Below, piece after piece: positions 45,899 to 55,581 of a stretch of DNA of 64,000 nucleotides. How positions within the stretch are numbered: the stretch's first letter is position 1; the number at the start of each line of letters is the position of its first letter. The notes beneath the pieces are model-generated. The model was not told the origin of the DNA, searched no databases, and worked only from the letters and a program-made list of their open reading frames with translations. Source of the DNA: a bacterium (GTDB lineage Bacteria > Patescibacteriota > Minisyncoccia > UBA6257 > GWB1-50-10). The stretch is taken from contig JAUSKB010000026.1 in assembly GCA_030647415.1 (NCBI GenBank), positions 74,894 through 138,893 on the forward strand, written 5' to 3'. A program made the translations under genes and the position numbers.

Positions 45899-46708
45899 AT
45901 GCGAGCACGAATCGGACAGCATTTTCTGAAAGACGCGAGTGTTGCTCGGCGTATTGTCTGCGCGCTCCCCATCGCCGAGCACGCGACAGTTATTGAGGTC
46001 GGGCCGGGGAAGGGCGCGCTTACCGCATTCCTCGCGGAGCGCGTGGGGGAGGTTCCCGAGGCGGAGCTCGTCTGTATTGAACGAGACCCTGCCCTTGCGG
46101 CGGCGCTTGCCGCTCAATCCCAATCGTGGCGAGGTGTGCTGCCCACCGTACACACCGGCGACGTGCGCACACTCCTCCGCGAGGTCGTCCGGAGCGTTCC
46201 CCGGACGCGGCGGTACGCCATCATCGGGAATCTGCCGTACTACCTCACGGGGCACCTCTTCCGAATCCTCGGCGAGCTGCCGCGCCTGCCTGAGGCGGCG
46301 GTCTTCATGGTGCAGCGGGAGGTCGCGGAGCGGCTTGCCGCCGTGCCGCCGTGCATGAACATGCTTGCGGCGAGCGTGCAGGCGTGGGCGAAACCCTCCA
46401 TCCTATTCCGTGTGCCACCATCCGCATTCTCGCCGAAACCGAGCGTGGAAAGCGCGGTGGTGTCGCTTGTCGCGGTAAGAACCACCCCGCCACCTGCAGA
46501 ATACTATCGGGCCGCCCGGACACTCTTTCGGCAACCACGGAAAACAATTTTGAATAACCTTGCGGCTGAAATCGGGCGCACGGACGCCGTGCGCATCCTC
46601 ACCGAAGCGGGGCTCAACCCATCGGACCGTCCGCAGACACTTTCACCGGACAAGATTCTTTTGCTATCAAAACACCCGCCGTTCACCGAAGCGGCGGGTG
46701 ATGTTTGA
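45899..46708 (+). CDS. rsmA: 16S rRNA (adenine1518/1519-N6)-dimethyltransferase RsmA/KsgA
   Basis: GQHFL and VIEVGPGKGALT motifs. Confidence 0.85.
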   Translation: MRARIGQHFLKDASVARRIVCALPIAEHATVIEVGPGKGALTAFLAERVGEVPEAELVCIERDPALAAALAAQSQSWRGVLPTVHTGDVRTLLREVVRSVPRTRRYAIIGNLPYYLTGHLFRILGELPRLPEAAVFMVQREVAERLAAVPPCMNMLAASVQAWAKPSILFRVPPSAFSPKPSVESAVVSLVAVRTTPPPAEYYRAARTLFRQPRKTILNNLAAEIGRTDAVRILTEAGLNPSDRPQTLSPDKILLLSKHPPFTEAAGDV

Positions 46709-46718
46709 GTAGGTTCCG

Positions 46719-47630
46719 TTATCGTCCGATCTCTCGCCCAACCTCAATAGTTCCCATTCCAGCCTCTATGGCCTGTCGAGCACGAAGGTTTTTAATCTGA
46801 ATATCTATACTTTCAATCTGTGTATTGCGCTCATTTTGCAAACGCACGACCTCCGCGGTACTCACTCCCGCTTGGCCACCCTGCCGCACGCCGGTCGCAC
46901 CGTGGCGGCCGGTTATGCGCAACCTATCGGCCTTAATTCGATCGAGCCGCGCTTGGTATCGAAGCGTGTCGGACTTCGTTGGATTGGTTTTTTCTGCAAA
47001 CGCGGCCTCTTCATCTTTTCGTCGTGCTTCGAGATCGAGGAGTGCGGATTCAGTACCCGACTGGTTCTCTATCGTACCGGCGCCGAGTTCGGTTCCGGTC
47101 CAGATGCCCAACCGCACCATAGCTGCCTCATAATCGCCATTTATGCGAACTTTTTGCGCCTCAAGTTGATTGATTTGCGCCTCAAAATTTCTGTTCTGTT
47201 CCGCCCGTTGCCTTACAACTTCGCCAGTTCGGCGCGCTGTCTCCCAAAAACTTCCCTGGGCGTGCGCCTGGCTTACCGCCGCATCAAGCGCAAATGCCGC
47301 AGAAACGGATGCGATGAGTGTTGCCACCCGCCGCAGAGCGGTGTTGCCATGCTTGGTCGGCGCAAGCTCCGTCGCAAGGGAGTAGGCGGCGGCTTCGTTT
47401 CGGGCTTCAGCCGGAGCTGTTTCATCCTTCGCAATGGCATCAACCACGATACCGTCTGTGACGGCTTCGGTGAGTGCCGGCATTTCGAGAGTCGCGGCCT
47501 CCTGCTCTAACGCCGCGGCCTCTTCCTCCACTCGGCGAATCTCAAGTTGTAGAGCCTCCGGGTCAATGTTGGGAACCTCCCGCTCCATCTCCATGGGTAT
47601 GCCTCCCGTGTCCTCGATTATATTTTTCAT
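46719..47630 (-). CDS. hypothetical coiled-coil protein
   Basis: About 304 aa from the internal Met; A/E/Q-rich heptad-like segments. Confidence 0.4.
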   Translation of the reverse strand: MKNIIEDTGGIPMEMEREVPNIDPEALQLEIRRVEEEAAALEQEAATLEMPALTEAVTDGIVVDAIAKDETAPAEARNEAAAYSLATELAPTKHGNTALRRVATLIASVSAAFALDAAVSQAHAQGSFWETARRTGEVVRQRAEQNRNFEAQINQLEAQKVRINGDYEAAMVRLGIWTGTELGAGTIENQSGTESALLDLEARRKDEEAAFAEKTNPTKSDTLRYQARLDRIKADRLRITGRHGATGVRQGGQAGVSTAEVVRLQNERNTQIESIDIQIKNLRARQAIEAGMGTIEVGREIGR

Positions 47631-47646
47631 GGTTTGTATTCGTTCA

Positions 47647-47973
47647 ATTTCCACAGAGCGACCTGACCCGTTCCCGCTCGCGGGCGAGGACCTTCCGGAG
47701 GCCATCGAGGTCGTTCTGTACCGCACGCTTTGCCTTCAAGCTTTCGACGAGCGTGTTCATACCTGCCCGATCGGCCCGCCCGGATGACTCGGTCGGACGG
47801 GCAGGCGGGCCCGAGGCGTCATGTTGATATACCTTAATGAAGCGGCCGAGCGTCTCTTCACTCGCGTCCGCGAGCCGGTCCTTCAGTACGCCCTGGTCCG
47901 CCGGCGAAAGCCCGGCGCCGCCCACGATGCGGAAGGCGACCGCAAGCGCATTCGCATTCGGTTGTGGATTCAT
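47647..47973 (-). CDS. hypothetical protein containing an in-frame copy of the 28-bp repeat
   Basis: 109 aa; ...PPARPTESSGRADRAG... is encoded by the repeat at 47774-47801. Confidence 0.35.
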
Positions 47974-48128
47974 GCGACAACGGTACCACGAATACCGGTA
48001 AAAATCAATGGGACATTCTAGGCCATAAATACTGTTACCAAGAGAGGAGTGTATAGCTCATAAATGGGTTACCGTGGTCGTCTATGACTATAGGAATAAA
48101 AAACATCAGATTATGATGGTTCCATGTT

Positions 48129-48170
48129 AAGACTTGTCATTCTGGACGGCCGTCCAGAATGACAAGTCTT
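48129..48170. repeat. perfect 42-bp palindrome without spacer (AAGACTTGTCATTCTGGACGG|CCGTCCAGAATGACAAGTCTT)
   Basis: 21-bp arms, exact reverse complements; within an AT-rich noncoding stretch (about 47990-48350). Confidence 0.85.
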
Positions 48171-48579
48171 TTCGCCGTGAACTTACAAAGAGTCTGGAAA
48201 CAAAAGGCGCCGTGCCCGAAGGCCGTGCGCTCGTGATTCTGTTCACGCAAGACGTTCTATGTCCTGCATAATCTCCGACCTCTCCCGCTTAAGAAGTTGT
48301 TTTGCCTCGCCGCGGAGGGGTTCGATTCACGCCGGGTTTCCTGATTAAAAACGGATTTGTCCGGCCGCCCCCCCGAGCGCCGTGGCAGCAATGGTCACCA
48401 CAAGCGCAACCACAAAATGGATGATGACCGCGGGAACGAATGACCTCGTCCGGTAGGCGATGAAAAGTATATCGAAGTCGAACTTCGATGATGGAGGAAA
48501 AAACTGCTGAACATAGTTCTTTCCTTTATCTCTTTTCTCTTGTCTTTTTTCTTCTATCCTTGTGGTACACTGAAGGCAT

Positions 48580-48951
48580 ATGCGAACGGCTACGCTCATT
48601 GCTACGGTTTCGTTTGTTCTCATTGGTGGCGTTTTTTTACTGCCGAGACCGACACAGGCAATTCCTCTCCCATTCGGGGGGATGGTTATATGGAATATAT
48701 TCCCTCTTGTTGAGTGCTTCGGAAGCGACCCAAACCCGTTTCTCATCGCGCCCGCGGGCTTTGCGCCGCCTGGCCCCTACGGCCTCATCCCTGCCACCGT
48801 ACGGTACCTCATGAGCGTGCCGCTCCACCCTGGGTCGTTCATTCTCGGGTGGTATGACTCGCCGCCGCAGGGAATTTGTATAGCCGGCGTCCCGCCGTTC
48901 GGCTTCCCATTCTTCGCGATGCCAGTGCTCACCATCGGCTCTTCATTGTAG
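48580..48951 (+). CDS. small secreted P/G/F-rich hypothetical protein
   Basis: 123 aa with a signal peptide. Confidence 0.4.
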   Translation: MRTATLIATVSFVLIGGVFLLPRPTQAIPLPFGGMVIWNIFPLVECFGSDPNPFLIAPAGFAPPGPYGLIPATVRYLMSVPLHPGSFILGWYDSPPQGICIAGVPPFGFPFFAMPVLTIGSSL

Positions 48952-49051
48952 GGGCGTCTCGCGAAGAGATATTTCTGTCCGCACGGCAACGGAACGCCTG
49001 AGGAAAAATGTGTATAATGACAGGGACGCTGGCGTTTCCGGCTTTCCCCCC

Positions 49052-49858
49052 ATGCATCCGTATCTCAAACCAGGAATCATACTCGCGGCGGGCTTCTCTC
49101 TTATGCTCGTGCTGTCGTTTCAAGGTTCACTAACCGTACGCACGGGGGGGGGGGCCGTGGACGCGCAACCGAAATCATGGGAACGTTCCCTGACAACCGC
49201 ACCGGCGACTCCCACCACAGCGGCGGGGGGGGCGGCCGACTCTCGGAGTCGGGGTGACACGAGGGGAGGGGAGAACTACACAACAAACCTCACGGACCAG
49301 CTCACCGCTTCGTACGTGAATCAGGTCACCGCGCTCGGCGAACGCGGTATCGCGAATGGAAAACTGGCGGCGCCGAACCAGCAGCAAATCGAGTTGGTGC
49401 TCGCGCAGAATATTTCCACCTCGCTCACGGCGCCGAAAATCGCCGAGCGCGATCTCTCCCAGAGCGCGGGGGGGGCGGCCGACGAGGTGCGATACTTCAA
49501 CGAACTCGGCGCGGTAACGAGCCGGATATTCGGCGAATCTCCGGTCACTGTGTTCGACGCGCTCCGCGAGTACCAGGAGGGGGGGGACGCGGGTTCGTTT
49601 CAGAAACTCGCCAGCATCGCCGAGTTGGCGTCCCAGGAACTGCGAGTGGTAGCCGTTCCTCCGCGGTACCTCGCGCTCCACATGGAGCTCGCGAACCTCT
49701 GGGAGAAGAAGCGTGTCGCCTACACCGCTATTGTGGAAACGGCGAGCGATCCACTCAAGGCATATCTCGCAGTCCAGACGCTCCCCGAGCTCACCACGAA
49801 AACTGACGAGCTCCAGGCCCGCTATGTCGCCGTAGCGGATGGTCCTGCACTACCGTAG
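49052..49858 (+). CDS. hypothetical membrane-anchored protein containing several poly-G tracts
   Basis: TM anchor; four G8-G11 runs inside the ORF (49144-49154, 49225-49232, 49468-49475, 49579-49586) plus another G8 run at 50838-50845 in the adjacent gene; each encodes Gly-Gly-Gly. Confidence 0.5.
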   Translation: MHPYLKPGIILAAGFSLMLVLSFQGSLTVRTGGGAVDAQPKSWERSLTTAPATPTTAAGGAADSRSRGDTRGGENYTTNLTDQLTASYVNQVTALGERGIANGKLAAPNQQQIELVLAQNISTSLTAPKIAERDLSQSAGGAADEVRYFNELGAVTSRIFGESPVTVFDALREYQEGGDAGSFQKLASIAELASQELRVVAVPPRYLALHMELANLWEKKRVAYTAIVETASDPLKAYLAVQTLPELTTKTDELQARYVAVADGPALP

Positions 49859-49863
49859 TTTCC

Positions 49864-51564
49864 ATGCGACACTTCATCATCAGTTTCCTCATCGCCGGTA
49901 TTGTGACCGCCGGGCTCTTCGTGCCGCGCGCTCCCGCGAGCGCGCTCGCGGTTCCCGTGTTCGACCCCGCACATACCGGAACCACCGCTGGCGGATGGGT
50001 TGCACAAGCGGTGCGCTTCACGCTCGAGCAAACGCTGAAGGCGTTGCTCGAAACACTGAAAAAACGCCTCCTCGACACCATGACCGACCAGGTCATCACC
50101 TGGATTCAGGGCGGAGGGGAGCCGCGGTTCGTCCAAAACTTCGGCGACGTCCTGGGCGATGCGGGGAGCATCGCGGTGGACGCGACCGTCCGGGAGCTCC
50201 GGCAGGTGGAGTTCTTCGACCCCGCGCTCCTCTCCATGCTCGAGGGAGGGGTTGCCGCGGGCGCCACGCGTTCGTTCGTGGAACGCCTCACCCCCACCCT
50301 CCCCGACGTCGTGCCGAGCGTGCAGCAGTTTCGGGGGAACTTCGACGCGGGCGGCTTCCTCGCCTACCGCGAGCTCTTCAACCCGCAGAACAATCCGTGG
50401 GGACTCCAGATGCTCGTCGAAGACGAGGTGATCCGGAAGGCGGCGGCGGAAACAGAGAAGGCAAAAATTGAACAGGTCGCCGAGCAGGGGTTCGAGGGAC
50501 AGAAACGGTGTCTCCTCTGGACGCGGAGCGTCCTCATGCAGAGCGGACCTGATGTGGAGCAGACCTTTCAGCCGGGAGACACGGGGTGGCTCGAACAGTT
50601 CTACAACCTAAAGACACCGCCGACTGGCCGGCCCCTCCCCCCCAATCCGGTACCGGGAATCTACCCCTGGCTCTGCGAACCGGGGAACCAGGAGCGCACG
50701 ACGCCGGGGAGTGCAATCGCCGAGGGGGTGCGCCGGTCGCTTTTCACCGACGTTGATTATGTCGCGAACTCGGATAGTCTCGGGAAGTACCTCGCCGCCA
50801 TCATGGACGCGGCCTTCAACCGCATGATCCGCGACGCGGGGGGGGCGGCGGAACGTCTCGTCCGAGGTTTTGCGGGGCTTGAGAAGTCACAAACCGGACG
50901 ACCGCAAAGCCAACAATTTATCCCTCCCCTGCCGGAAACACCATCGGGCCTCCTCGAGGGGTCACAAGGGGGGTACACCTCGGGGACTATTAGCATCCAA
51001 CAGCAGGAAATTGCGGCGCTGAACGATATGAAGCAGCTACTCCTCTCGACGATAGACCGTTTGAAACAGAACCTGACGACGATCCGCCAGACACTCATTG
51101 ATACGCTCGCGGCAGACCAGGCGGGGCTCCGCGCGCTCACCTATGGTTTAACACCGCGGGGGCTCTTCCAGTGCTTCACGCAGGACCCCCTCGACCCCAC
51201 CAGAACGCCGCCGCCCAGCTTCGTGCCGCCAAACTTGAGTATCACCACTATTTCCTCGCACGTTTCCCAAATGTCGCTCGCGGCGACCACGAGGAGGAAT
51301 GATATCAACACGAATAAAATCCCATCCTTGAACGCGACCACCACGCACGCAAACATTCTCCGTGGTCAGATCGCCGCAACCGTGCTCCCGAGAGATCGCG
51401 ACCTCCTCATGAACTCGTTCAGGGTGTCGGTACAGAACCTGGAGAATGATATCGGCTCGTTCGAGGGGTCCGTACAAACCGTCGCTCTGGCATCACAAAC
51501 ATTCAAAAATAACACGCTGCAGAACCTCGCCGAGTGCGAGCGGACCCGCCTCACCCCCCTGTAA
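49864..51564 (+). CDS. secreted hypothetical protein (first gene of the T4SS-like cluster)
   Basis: 566 aa; signal peptide; no catalytic motif. Confidence 0.5.
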   Translation: MRHFIISFLIAGIVTAGLFVPRAPASALAVPVFDPAHTGTTAGGWVAQAVRFTLEQTLKALLETLKKRLLDTMTDQVITWIQGGGEPRFVQNFGDVLGDAGSIAVDATVRELRQVEFFDPALLSMLEGGVAAGATRSFVERLTPTLPDVVPSVQQFRGNFDAGGFLAYRELFNPQNNPWGLQMLVEDEVIRKAAAETEKAKIEQVAEQGFEGQKRCLLWTRSVLMQSGPDVEQTFQPGDTGWLEQFYNLKTPPTGRPLPPNPVPGIYPWLCEPGNQERTTPGSAIAEGVRRSLFTDVDYVANSDSLGKYLAAIMDAAFNRMIRDAGGAAERLVRGFAGLEKSQTGRPQSQQFIPPLPETPSGLLEGSQGGYTSGTISIQQQEIAALNDMKQLLLSTIDRLKQNLTTIRQTLIDTLAADQAGLRALTYGLTPRGLFQCFTQDPLDPTRTPPPSFVPPNLSITTISSHVSQMSLAATTRRNDINTNKIPSLNATTTHANILRGQIAATVLPRDRDLLMNSFRVSVQNLENDIGSFEGSVQTVALASQTFKNNTLQNLAECERTRLTPL

Positions 51565-51570
51565 ACGCCA

Positions 51571-53883
51571 ATGCGCACGAAACGAACGGTAAGCATCTTC
51601 CTCGCCGCCGCGCTCCTCACCGCGGGCGGGTTCTTTGCTGTAACTAATACTGCACACGCGCTGATGTACGGCAATAATTCTAATCCTATTAAGCAGTGGC
51701 TAGTAGGTACAGGCCTCGACATCCTCCAGGCGTTCGCTACCGGCATTTCGTACATCCTGAACTTCCTTGGGGGTCTCGCCTTCGCCTTCGGGAACATGCT
51801 GACCCAGACGATGTTGGCACTCAACTACCAGGTGCTCGACAGTTCGAACACCATCGTAACCGTCGGGTGGGGCATCACGCGGGATGTGGCGAACCTCGGC
51901 TTCGTCCTCCTCATTATCTTGGTCGCGCTCGCGACCATCGTCCGCTACCCCTCGGAGTACCAGGCGCAAAAGCTCCTGCCCCGCCTCATCGCCGCCGCCC
52001 TCCTTGTGAACTTCTCGATCGCCATCGTAACGCCGCTCATTGATTTTTCGGACACCTTGACGCAGAGCTTCGCATCGCGTATCGGTGGCGATGATTTGCC
52101 CGGCATTCCTGGGTCCGGATTCGTCGGGCGAATCTCAAATGCCTTCGGCCCCCATCGGCTTCTTATCCCCCCTGCGGGAGGTTTACCTGAACCGGTAGGT
52201 TTCAATACTTTTAGCAAGGCGTTCCTCACGACCGTCGGCGGGCTCTTTTTCAGCTTCATATTCACCTGGCTCGCCGCCCTCGTCATGCTCGCCATCGCCT
52301 TCATGCTCTTCCTCCGGTATGTGCACCTGACCTTCCTCCTCGCCATCGCGCCTATTGTCTGGCTCTTCTGGGTCTTCCCGGGGCTCGAGAAGCACTGGAG
52401 CACCTGGTGGAGCGATTTCCTCAAGTGGGTTTTCTTCGCGCCCGCGGTCATGTTCTTCATCTACCTCGCGGTTACGGCGATGGATGCTATGGGATCGATG
52501 CCTGTCGAGGGGCTCACGGGGTCGGACTTCTTTGAAACCTTTATTCTTTCGATCATCTCGCAGGGAACCCAGATGGCCGTCCTCGGCGCCTTCCTTGTCG
52601 GCTCGCTCATCGTCGGCCAGAAGTTCGGCATCGCCGGGGCGGGGGCGGCATTGAACATCGCAAAGGCGGCAAAAACGCAGGGGCTGAAGCTCGCGGGCCA
52701 GCGGGTGAAGCTCGCGGGGCGGGCGGCGGCGGGGAAGGCTAGTACGGTACTCAAGGGCGGTCTCGAAGAAAAGGGTTTGATGAAGTACCCGAAGAAGGGG
52801 TTGAATCTCATGGGCCGTGGCACCTCGTTCGTGCTCGGCGGTGGTAAAAAGTTAGATGAGGCATTAAAGGTAAAGGACACTGATTCGGGTTTCAAGAAGC
52901 TTGGCAAGCGTTTTGCGGGTGGTGTTCTTGGCGTCACTGGCGGACGCGCCCTCTTGAAGGGTGCGGGTGGGCTTGAGAAAACACTCACTACCGCCTCCGG
53001 CCGCGACGTGAAGGTGGACTCGGTCGGCGGCGCGATGTTCAAGACCGTGAAGGGGGAGTTCCTGAAAGAGATGGGCTTTGAACAGGAAAAGCCTGAGAAG
53101 ACGACGGACGATCATGTGAAGGATCTGAAGGATGTTGTGAAACAGAAAAAAGCATTGAAAGACAAGGGCGCGCTCACGCCAGAATCAGAGAAGGAGTGGG
53201 ATAAGAAGATCGAGCGGGCGAAGGGGATGGTCCGCAACTCGCTCGAGCGGCCAGGGACCCCAGAGGGGTTGGACAGGCAAATCGAGCAGCTGAAGAGCAA
53301 GCAGGCGGAATTCTACGACCCGAAGAATGGCCTCGATGGCAGCGTATTCGACGACCTCATTAAGGAAAGGGTGATTGAGCGGGATCGGATCATAGAACGC
53401 GAGGGCAGGAAATCCGACGCGACACGCGAGGTTGAGGCGAAAATAGGCGAGCTGAACGGAGGGCGAATCGCCGCGCTGAAGGCGGGGGACCCGGAGGTCA
53501 CCGTCAAAACAAAACAGACGCAACCGGACGGCACCGAAGTGGAGGTTGAGCGGCAGCAGAAGTTGAGTTCGCTGTTTGATGAACAGATCGTGGCCGCGGA
53601 AAAAATCCGAACCGCCCTATTCGACGTCGACGAGCGACTGCGAAAGAACGAGCCGTGGAAGGACCAACAGCTCCAAATGGGGCTTGAAAAACTTCGAGAC
53701 AACATTACGGGCTTGAACAAGGGAATCACCGGTCTCTCCAGGGTCGTTGACAACACGAAAAACGCCGCGTTAGTGAAGCCGGGGTTGATCCAATGGGAAC
53801 CGTTTAAACAAACAGAAGAGAAGGCTAGCGGCGGTGCGAATAAGAAAGGAGATGGTGGCACCGTAGACACCGACACCTCGTAA
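51571..53883 (+). CDS. VirB6/TrbL-like polytopic membrane protein with a long K/E/G-rich C-terminal tail
   Basis: 770 aa; signal peptide, at least 6 TM helices over the first 400 aa, then a hydrophilic repetitive tail. Confidence 0.5.
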   Translation: MRTKRTVSIFLAAALLTAGGFFAVTNTAHALMYGNNSNPIKQWLVGTGLDILQAFATGISYILNFLGGLAFAFGNMLTQTMLALNYQVLDSSNTIVTVGWGITRDVANLGFVLLIILVALATIVRYPSEYQAQKLLPRLIAAALLVNFSIAIVTPLIDFSDTLTQSFASRIGGDDLPGIPGSGFVGRISNAFGPHRLLIPPAGGLPEPVGFNTFSKAFLTTVGGLFFSFIFTWLAALVMLAIAFMLFLRYVHLTFLLAIAPIVWLFWVFPGLEKHWSTWWSDFLKWVFFAPAVMFFIYLAVTAMDAMGSMPVEGLTGSDFFETFILSIISQGTQMAVLGAFLVGSLIVGQKFGIAGAGAALNIAKAAKTQGLKLAGQRVKLAGRAAAGKASTVLKGGLEEKGLMKYPKKGLNLMGRGTSFVLGGGKKLDEALKVKDTDSGFKKLGKRFAGGVLGVTGGRALLKGAGGLEKTLTTASGRDVKVDSVGGAMFKTVKGEFLKEMGFEQEKPEKTTDDHVKDLKDVVKQKKALKDKGALTPESEKEWDKKIERAKGMVRNSLERPGTPEGLDRQIEQLKSKQAEFYDPKNGLDGSVFDDLIKERVIERDRIIEREGRKSDATREVEAKIGELNGGRIAALKAGDPEVTVKTKQTQPDGTEVEVERQQKLSSLFDEQIVAAEKIRTALFDVDERLRKNEPWKDQQLQMGLEKLRDNITGLNKGITGLSRVVDNTKNAALVKPGLIQWEPFKQTEEKASGGANKKGDGGTVDTDTS

Positions 53884-53967
53884 TCTAATCTCAACAAGCA
53901 GAGGCAAGCTGAGGCCGAGCGGCAGCGGAAAGCCGGTGGAGCAACACCAAATCCATAACCCATTTAT

Positions 53968-54067
53968 CCTGTTAGAAGTTTACAGATAGTTATTTATATG
54001 GAAAATATTATTGTTATGCAAAATAAAATTGTGAAGTGGCGGTGTTTGCGCGTAAACTTCTAACAGG
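53968..54067. repeat. Family A palindromic element, copy A12; the right end is followed directly by the ATG at 54068
   Basis: CCTGTTAGAAGTTTACAGATAG ... TTGCGCGTAAACTTCTAACAGG-ATGAACCTC. Confidence 0.85.
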
Positions 54068-55072
54068 ATGAACCTCTCGAATATAACTTTTGAGCTGCTC
54101 TCCGAACGGTACGAGGAGATACCGGAACGGTTTCGGGAGCTCCTCGAGTCACCCGGCACAAAAACAACACTCGTGCGCATCGGGGCGCAACACGCGCTTG
54201 ACCACGAACGGCAAACACTCCTTGAGGCGCTGGTCGGTCTTGTCTTCACCGGTTTCCTCTCCCCGGATGACCTCGCGGGGGAGTTTGTCGACCGCCTCTT
54301 CCTGAACTTCGTCCACGCCCGCGCGCTCGCCCGCGAGGTGGACGAGACCTTCTTCGCGCCGCACCGCCGCGACCTCGTTCGCGTCTACAACCCCGTGGGC
54401 GGGGTACCGCAGGGCCCAACCGTCCGGAGTGCGGAACGACCTATGATTGGATTGCCTTCACAAGTAGGAAAGACGATTTCACTTGAATCCATCGGCGCTT
54501 CAGGCGGTAGGGAACAAAAGCTTCCCATTAACGAGGTTGCGGCGCCGCTCGTGATTCTCGGCTCCAGCTCCCCCACCCTCCGCAAACCGATTATTCCGAA
54601 CCGCCCGCCGGAACGCCTGTTTGCCAGCCAGGCAGGCCTGCCTACCCATCCGACCGAGTTATCCGGGCGAGCCGGACAAACGGTTTCGGAGAAGCCGGTG
54701 TACCACTCACCCTTTTCCTTCCGGTTCCCGTTCCGCTCACCGCAGGCGGCGCGTACCCCGCTGGGCGACTCCACGGGACCGACCGCGACCGTCCGATTGC
54801 CCGGCAGTGCGGCACCAGCGCAGAAGAAGGATGGGCTTCATATTGTCCACTATGCGGAAACACGCGGGAGACTCGGCCCGCCGCTATCAACCGGAAAGGG
54901 GGGGGTAGTGAACCTGGACCAGCTGGGGGCGCAGCAAAGAAAAGAGACAAGAGAAAAAGGACAAGAGACGCCCATCGCACCGACAACCGACAACCGACAA
55001 CCGACAACCATCCCGAAACCACAGCCGAAGATCGATGGGAACACCATAGACCTCCGGGCAAATAAACTCTAA
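54068..55072 (+). CDS. hypothetical Pro-rich protein containing an in-frame variant of the 28-bp repeat
   Basis: 334 aa; starts MNL, identical 5' end to the 28020 gene; PTHPTELSGRAGQT is encoded by the repeat at 54641-54672. Confidence 0.5.
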   Translation: MNLSNITFELLSERYEEIPERFRELLESPGTKTTLVRIGAQHALDHERQTLLEALVGLVFTGFLSPDDLAGEFVDRLFLNFVHARALAREVDETFFAPHRRDLVRVYNPVGGVPQGPTVRSAERPMIGLPSQVGKTISLESIGASGGREQKLPINEVAAPLVILGSSSPTLRKPIIPNRPPERLFASQAGLPTHPTELSGRAGQTVSEKPVYHSPFSFRFPFRSPQAARTPLGDSTGPTATVRLPGSAAPAQKKDGLHIVHYAETRGRLGPPLSTGKGGVVNLDQLGAQQRKETREKGQETPIAPTTDNRQPTTIPKPQPKIDGNTIDLRANKL

Positions 55073-55125
55073 ATCCGAAACTCTAAATCCTAAACAAGCA
55101 CGAAATTCTAAACTCTAAACCACTG
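55066..55125. repeat. Family C repeat (CTCTAAATCCGAAAC(C/T)CTAAATCCTAAACAA...), forward arm C1
   Basis: Inverted partner at 55516-55580; together they bracket the four-helix-bundle gene. Confidence 0.8.
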
Positions 55126-55129
55126 CATT

Positions 55130-55495
55130 ATGGAACCGAGCGTGGGCTTGAAACGGTATGATTTGGAGGCGCGAACGCTTCAATTTACAAGGGATGTCAT
55201 TTCGTTCGTTTCCGCCCTTCCCCGGAGTATTGCCAATATTGAAATCATCAAACAGCTCATCCGGGCGACTGGTTCGGTGGGAGCGAATTATATAGAAGCG
55301 AATGAGTCCGTAAGCAGAAAGGACTTTCTCTTACGAGTTAAGATTTCCAAAAAAGAGTCGCGAGAGGCAATATACTGGTTGGAGCTCGTACAATGCTCAA
55401 ATGAGCAATGTGAAGTTAGGAGGCGTGAATTGATCCGAGAAGCGACCGAGCTCATGAAAATTCTCGGTTCAATCGTCGAAAAATCATCTCGGTGA
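55130..55495 (+). CDS. four-helix-bundle protein (TIGR02436 / 23S rRNA intervening-sequence protein; Avd-like)
   Basis: 121 aa; RATGSVGANYIEANESVSRKDFLLRVKISKKESREAIYWLEL matches the family core; lower GC than neighbours. Confidence 0.7.
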   Translation: MEPSVGLKRYDLEARTLQFTRDVISFVSALPRSIANIEIIKQLIRATGSVGANYIEANESVSRKDFLLRVKISKKESREAIYWLELVQCSNEQCEVRRRELIREATELMKILGSIVEKSSR

Positions 55496-55515
55496 TATTG
55501 CATTCATGATTTTTC

Positions 55516-55580
55516 CCTGTTTCGGATTTGAGATTTGGAATTTGTTTAGGGTTTAGGGTTTCGAATTTAGAATTTATCTG
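55516..55580. repeat. Family C repeat, reverse arm C2 (GTTTAGGGTTTAGGGTTTCGAATTTAGAATTT)
   Basis: Reverse complement of the C1 motifs. Confidence 0.8.
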
Positions 55581-55581
55581 T

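Noticed and set aside
48290-48345. tRNA-like T-loop (GGTTCGATTC) upstream of the 48580 gene
   Set aside because: No acceptor stem or D arm could be paired by hand, so it is probably a fragment or chance match.
49144-49154. Poly-G tracts as definite phase-variation switches
   Set aside because: Homopolymer G runs are also a common sequencing or assembly artefact, and some G8 runs are expected by chance at this GC content. They are reported only as candidates.
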